Assembly (NCBI RefSeq): GCF_009914755.1
Contig: NC_060932.1
From: the human T2T-CHM13v2.0 reference genome, Homo sapiens
Strand: one strand, 5' to 3'
DNA length: 64,000 bases
The position numbers and the translations under genes are program-made. Positions 58,811-64,000 of the stretch are shown here, one piece after another; the stretch's first letter is position 1; each line of letters starts with the position of its first letter. The notes under the pieces were generated by a model. It was not told the DNA's origin. It did not search any database and saw only the letters and a list, made by a program, of their open reading frames with translations.

Positions 58811-58950
58811 TATATATATATATATGTGTATATATATGTATATATATGTATATATGTATATATGTGTATATATGTATATATATGTATATATGTATATATA
58901 TTTGCATATATTTACATAGACATATAGAGAGAGAGAGAGAGAGAGGAGAG
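58808..58950. repeat. Compound (TA)n/(TATATG)n/(GA)n microsatellite
   Basis: Direct reading. Confidence 0.95.
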
Positions 58951-59718
58951 ATTGATATTTATTATATTTTGAGAAAATGGCTCAGTTTACTGGGCAGGCC
59001 AGTGGGCTGGCTATTTATTTAGGTGACAGTTGAGGTGACAGTCTTTAGTATGAAGGCTGGAATCTTAGGCAGAATTTCTATAGTACAGTCTGAAGGCAGA
59101 ATTTCCTCTAATTTTGGGGAACCTCATTATTTGCTTTGAAGACTTTCAACTGTTTGGATGAGACCCACCCATATTACAGAAATCTGCATTACATTCTGCA
59201 GGGAATTTCTTTATGGGGAAGAGCATTCCGTTATGAAACTATAAACATTTAAGTATCATTTTTCCCAAGAACTAGCAGATATGTCCTCTAACAAGTAGAT
59301 AAACATGAATGCAAAATATGTTGCTACTGGAAAAACTATGGGAGCAGAAGAAAATGGAAGATTGTATTCCAAAGAGATGCCTTCATACTACAATTTTTTA
59401 TAAAACAAATATGTTTGTAAAACCTGGGAAAGCTTTACTTACTACTTTTCTGGGAAGAGGTCTTGTACATTTTCACATAAACTCTCACAACTTATCTCAT
59501 GTCGGCTCTTATCCCAATGAGCCAATTTAATGGTGATTCACATGAGTGTCATCTTTGCTTTCGAACAAGAAGTTTGGCTTTATTTTTTTCTGACAGTTTC
59601 AGGAACAAGTCATTTTGTGAATCAAAGTTACAACTCATCAGTATTCAGCAGAAAAAATGTATATAAAGGCATACAAAATAATATTTCTGTTGCACAAAGG
59701 TTAAGATGTGAATTACGT

Positions 59719-60011
59719 GGCCGGGCGCGGTGGCTCCCGCGTGTAATCCCAGCACTTTGGGAGGCCGAGGCGGGCGGATCACGAGGTCAGGAGATCGAGA
59801 CCGTCCTGGCTAACATGGTGAAACCCCGTCTCTACTAAAAATACAAAAAATTAGCTGGGCAAGGTAGCGGGCGCCTGTAGTCCCAGCTACTCGGGAGGCT
59901 GAGGCAGGAGAATGGTGTGAACCCCGGGGGACGGAGCCTGCAGTGAGCCGAGATCGCGCCACTGCACTCCAGCCTGGGCGACATTGAGACTCCGTCTCAA
60001 AAAAAAAAAAA
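59719..60011 (+). mobile_element. AluY (AluYe5/Yf5-like variant)
   Basis: ggatcacgaggtcaggagatcgagacc; variant right arm gaaccccgggggacggagcctgcag and shortened gac..gagactcc. Subfamily is from memory. Confidence 0.93.
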
Positions 60012-61599
60012 CGATGTAAATTATCAAGAATCCTTCAGTATTAAAATATGCCCACATACACTGTGAAACCTAAGGTTTTGCTGGATAACTCCTGTCATCT
60101 TGTACAACACACCGCCAGTTGTTTCATTAGACACAAATGAAGAACAACTGGACATTTATTATTCAACCGAGATCTTTGATGAGATTTGCTTCTTTACATA
60201 CAGAAAAAATATATTACATACATGTTAGATTTATGCCTCAGTGCTGCTTTCAAGTGTACCAGAGCCCAATGAAAATCATTAGACATATTATAAATTTACC
60301 CTGAAATATAGAGTGAAAAGCAGGCACCATTGCAGAGAGGGAGTTGATGCAATATTTTTCTTAATCTAGGATTTTCTAGTTTTTCCTGAAAATAGCTCCC
60401 AAAGGGAAATATACATGTCAAAACAAAGCAGATGGAAATAAAAGAATCCACACTGAGAGAGATTTAATTGCAAGGGGATTCAACACTGCTCCCAGACATG
60501 TTTACCAAAAGAATATTAATGATTGGGTAAGAAACACAGGTAAGAAATATTTAATGTTGCTCATGGAACAATAAAAGATACACAGACCTGCCTTAGTTCA
60601 GGTGAGCAAATTAACAAGTGGGCACATTTTTATTTATGCACATAAATCTTTATGTATTGCCATGTAAAGTTTACAAGATCCTGGAAAGAATGTGGCACAG
60701 GAGTTGAGGGAATGTAAGGCCAGAGGGATGTTACATTTGCAAGGGGACTCAGACATCCTGCAGGCCACGTTCCTGCTGGAGGTCCACATTTCATTAATGG
60801 ATCTTGCCAGGTGCCTGAATCTAAGCTTCATTACTGACATGCAGAACATTTTGGTTTAGAATTGTATTTCCTAGACCTAAGACTTGAGATATAATTTTTA
60901 ATTAATAGAAAAACATACTCCTTCTGCTACATGACAAATCTCCAAAGGTTTGAAACTGACTCTCAAATGTTCCCTACTCCTTTGGCAGTGCCTTCTGGAA
61001 GCTCAATATCTCTAAATCCTAAACCTTTCTTCACAGGACATGACGCGGCACAACCTGTGATGTTCCATCTGAATTCCCCTTTTCTGAAGGACTTGGTGCC
61101 CTTCTCTGGAGTACCTGCAGCAGATATCTCTTAGCTGTCAAATCCTGCAGATATTGCCTGAACTGTCAAGAGCTGTCTTCTGAAAGCAGTTTACACCTGC
61201 TGTTGATCAATATGAAAATATAAAGGTCTGGCTATTATGGCAAACATAAAACAATTCTAAAAGGCCATTATAATATTCTAAATTTCCTTGGGTTGTTATT
61301 TTTTCTGGGTAGCAGCTCAACTTTTTCTGCTACTTCCAGCGAACCTGAGCAAGGTAGTTACAGGGTGATTTATAAAATATGGTGTCCTTAGAAACAAGTA
61401 GTTATAACAAGTAGTTATGGGATGACTTATAAAATATGGTGTCCTTAGAAACAAGAGATGAGTCAGTAGCATGAATCATATTAAATTTGGTATATAAAGA
61501 CTATGAAGGAGGGATAATTTTGTCTGTCACCCCAGACAAAAATCAGATCAGCCAAGATAGTGTACTATAAAATAATTGAAATAAAAGTTTTCAAGACAC

Positions 61600-62635
61600 T
61601 GATACCAGGCAATATAAGTCGCCTTATGTTGCCACACAAATCAGGTGGGCTGTATGATTTTCCCAGGTAACTGTCTTGAGTGAGTCTCCAACCTGTGACA
61701 AAGGGAAGCAGAACCAGGCAAGGCTGAGGGTTTGCAGGAAACAGTGCAGCTAAAATTAACAGGACAGAGTAATGGAGGGCTTCATGGAGAGAAAAAATCT
61801 GGAGTTCTGCATAGCGATCCTTTGGCATCTTTAGCAGAATATTGAGCAGAACATTTGTGTAAAGAAAATTCCAAAAGCCCAAAAAAAAAAAAATCATCTG
61901 AAACATATGGGCACAATATATGATACTTATATAGGGCTGCAAATGGTGTCTGTTCCCTTCAGCCAAATTTGAAAACAATTTAAGGAGCATTAGGTAGAAT
62001 ATAAAAAATAGTCTTAGCTCAGTACTGGAAAATAATTATCCCTAGACTCTTTTTTCTCTGATCACACCTTAAAAATGTTAAAAGAAATACCCAGGGGATC
62101 AAACTTATTACAATCTTTAAGTGAATCTTACAATAAAGCTCAACATTTTAATAGAAATACCAAAATATGCACCAAACAACAAAGTAAAAATCACAATGAT
62201 TGGCATGCAATCAAAGATTACTAGGCAGGAAAAGAAGCAGGAAATACAATCCAGAAAGAGAAGAAAAATTGACCCATCAAAACTAATCCAAAATTCGCAA
62301 TGATGTGCTTTACAACAAAAAGGAAATTAAAATATTTATTATGATTTTTCCTCATTTATTTAAAAAGACGGACATAAAAATTATACAACAAAAAACCCAA
62401 GTCACATTTCAGGAGGTAAAAACTAAAAAGTCTGATATGAAAATATGGTGGTTAGCATTTGTGAAAGATTAGATATTGAAGAGAAATATATTATTGAATG
62501 GGAATATACAGCAAAAGAAACTATGCCAAATAAAATGCAGATCAGAGAATTTTTAAAATAAAAAGAGCATTAGCGGGCAACAGAAAATCTTCAAGTGGCC
62601 GACAGATGTGTATTTCTGTCCATTAAAAAGAGGAA
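61600..62635 (+). mobile_element. Old L1 (L1MC/L1MD-like) 5'/ORF1 remnant
   Basis: aatcacaatgattggcatgcaatcaaagattactaggcagg.aaagaagcaggaaa, agattagatattgaagagaaa, aaagagcattag. Confidence 0.75.
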
Positions 62636-62636
62636 G

Positions 62637-63167
62637 GAGAGATCATGGCGGACGGGAGGCAAGACTAGCCTGCAGCTCTGGACAGAGCAGCGAGTGGGAG
62701 CTCGCATTGTAAACTTTAGCTCCAGATGGACGGCAAAAACAAACCAGCAATCCCCAGAGGACCCACAGACCCTCTGAAGGAAGTGGGCTGCTCCTGCAGG
62801 ACCCGGGAGACCCCCAAAACTGTGAGTGTCCAGCTGCCGAAGTGGGAAAGGGAAACCCTCCTCTCCGGAACAGACACCCCCTGAGAAGTCTATTTGTGGG
62901 AGAAGTTTCCGACTTTACCTGGAGCTGAGTCAGTCTGGAGAGCTGACTGAAATACAGGGATAGAGGAGGCAGCAGCAAGGCCCTGGGAGCTGAATGGGTC
63001 CCCGGGCAGCCCATTCCTGCCTGGCACCACAGGGATCCAACGGGAGAGGAACAGAGGGTAAAACTACACGGAGAGAAGGAAATCTCTAGCTGAACTTTGT
63101 AACAATTCGAACAGCGTGAGAAGTCTCCTGGCCAGAACTCGGGGGAGGACACAAATCTCCTGCACAG
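62637..63167 (+). mobile_element. L1PB-type 5' UTR fragment
   Basis: gatcatggcggacgggaggcaagactag...acccacagaccctctgaaggaag...ctgctcctgcaggacccgggagac...ggaaatctctagctgaactttgtaacaatt. Confidence 0.85.
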
Positions 63168-63326
63168 TGAGTAAAATTTATATATGTATATTCAAAATAA
63201 CTTCAGTATTCGAAATTGCTTCGGGGAATTTTGAAAACTCAGACTCTTTCCATACTGTTGTAGTGATCATATAGATAAGTAGGTCACCAGCATCATGAAT
63301 AAAAATGCACGTTGTTGAGGTGGTTT

Positions 63327-64000
63327 TGAGAGGTGACAGCGTGCTGGCAGGCCTGGCAGGCCTGGCTCGCTCTCCGCGCCTCCTCGGCCTTGGCGCCCAT
63401 TCTGGCCGCGCTTGAGCATCCCTTCAGCCCGTCGCTGCACTGTGGGAGCCCCTTTCTGGGCTGGTCAAGGCCGGAGCCGGCTCCCTCGGCTTGCGGGGAG
63501 GTATGGAGGGAGAGGCGCGGGCGGGAACCGGGGTTGCGCGCGCCGTTTCCCAGCCAGCGCGAGTTCCCGGTGGGCGTGGGCTCGGTGGGCGCCCCACTCG
63601 GAGCGGCAGGCCGGCCCGCAAGCCCCGGGCAGTGAAGGGCTTGGCACCTGGGCCAGCAGCTGCTGTGCTCGATTTCTCGCCGGGCCTGAGCTGCCTCCCC
63701 TCAGGGCAGGGCTCCGACCTGCAGCCCGCCACGCCTGAGCCTCCCCCGCCCCCTCCCGGCTGTGGGCTCCTGCGCAGCCCGAGCCTCCCCCACGAGCGCG
63801 GCTGCCTGCTCCTCGGCGCCCAGTCCCGCCGACCGCCCAAGGACTGAGGAGTGCGCGCGCACGACGCGGGACTGGCCGGCAGTGGCAACCCGCTTGGGTC
63901 ACCTTCCACACTGTGGAAGCTTTGTTCTTTCACTCTTTGCAATAAATGTTGCTGCTGCTCACTCTTTGGGTCCACACGGCCTTTACGAGCTGTAACACTC
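63327..64000 (+). mobile_element. LTR12C-like (ERV9) LTR with large internal deletion; runs off window end
   Basis: Starts tgagaggtgacagcgtgctggcag; CpG-dense U3 to ~63882 joins directly to tggcaacccgcttgggtc...ttccacactgtggaagctttgttcttt...gcaataaat...gagctgtaacactc. Confidence 0.95.

Larger units (their letters stand above)
58498..59195 (-). mobile_element. ERVL LTR, MLT2 (MLT2C-like), split by inserted DNA and microsatellite
   Basis: tgtattagtcaaggttctccagagaaactgaaccaat at 58498; resumes ~58950 with ...aggcagaatttcctct...gactttcaactg...ggatgagacccacccatatta. Confidence 0.85.

Noticed and set aside
63333-63995. Overlapping 100-183 aa ORFs and an apparent CpG-island gene promoter
   Set aside because: They lie entirely within LTR12C, where high GC content suppresses stop codons.

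Overview
This is primate (human-like) non-coding genomic DNA, intergenic or intronic, and I cannot name the locus from sequence alone. It is AT-rich and dominated by interspersed repeats: about 20 Alu-family SINEs (FAM, FLAM, J, S and Y types, several with visible target-site duplications), ancient L1, L2 and MIR remnants, one MADE1 mariner MITE, solo LTRs (MLT1, MLT2, THE1, MER4A, LTR40-like, LTR12C), two decayed ERVL internal segments and many microsatellites. No protein-coding gene, tRNA, rRNA or CRISPR array is supported, and the longer supplied ORFs map to repeats or low-complexity DNA. I found no evidence for a new multi-gene biological system. The most distinctive signal is a set of local copy events readable directly in the sequence. 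These are a ~210-bp inverted duplication inserted into the microsatellite of an MLT2 LTR, a ~50-bp Alu fragment apparently templated from a neighbouring Alu into an L1, and a 5 x 98-bp minisatellite born at an Alu head/flank junction. There are also two further ~110-120-bp tandem duplications within 4 kb of that minisatellite, and an LTR12C missing its CCAAT/TATA core through a microhomology-bounded deletion. Repeat subfamily names come from recalled consensus motifs rather than a database search, and boundaries of old elements are approximate.
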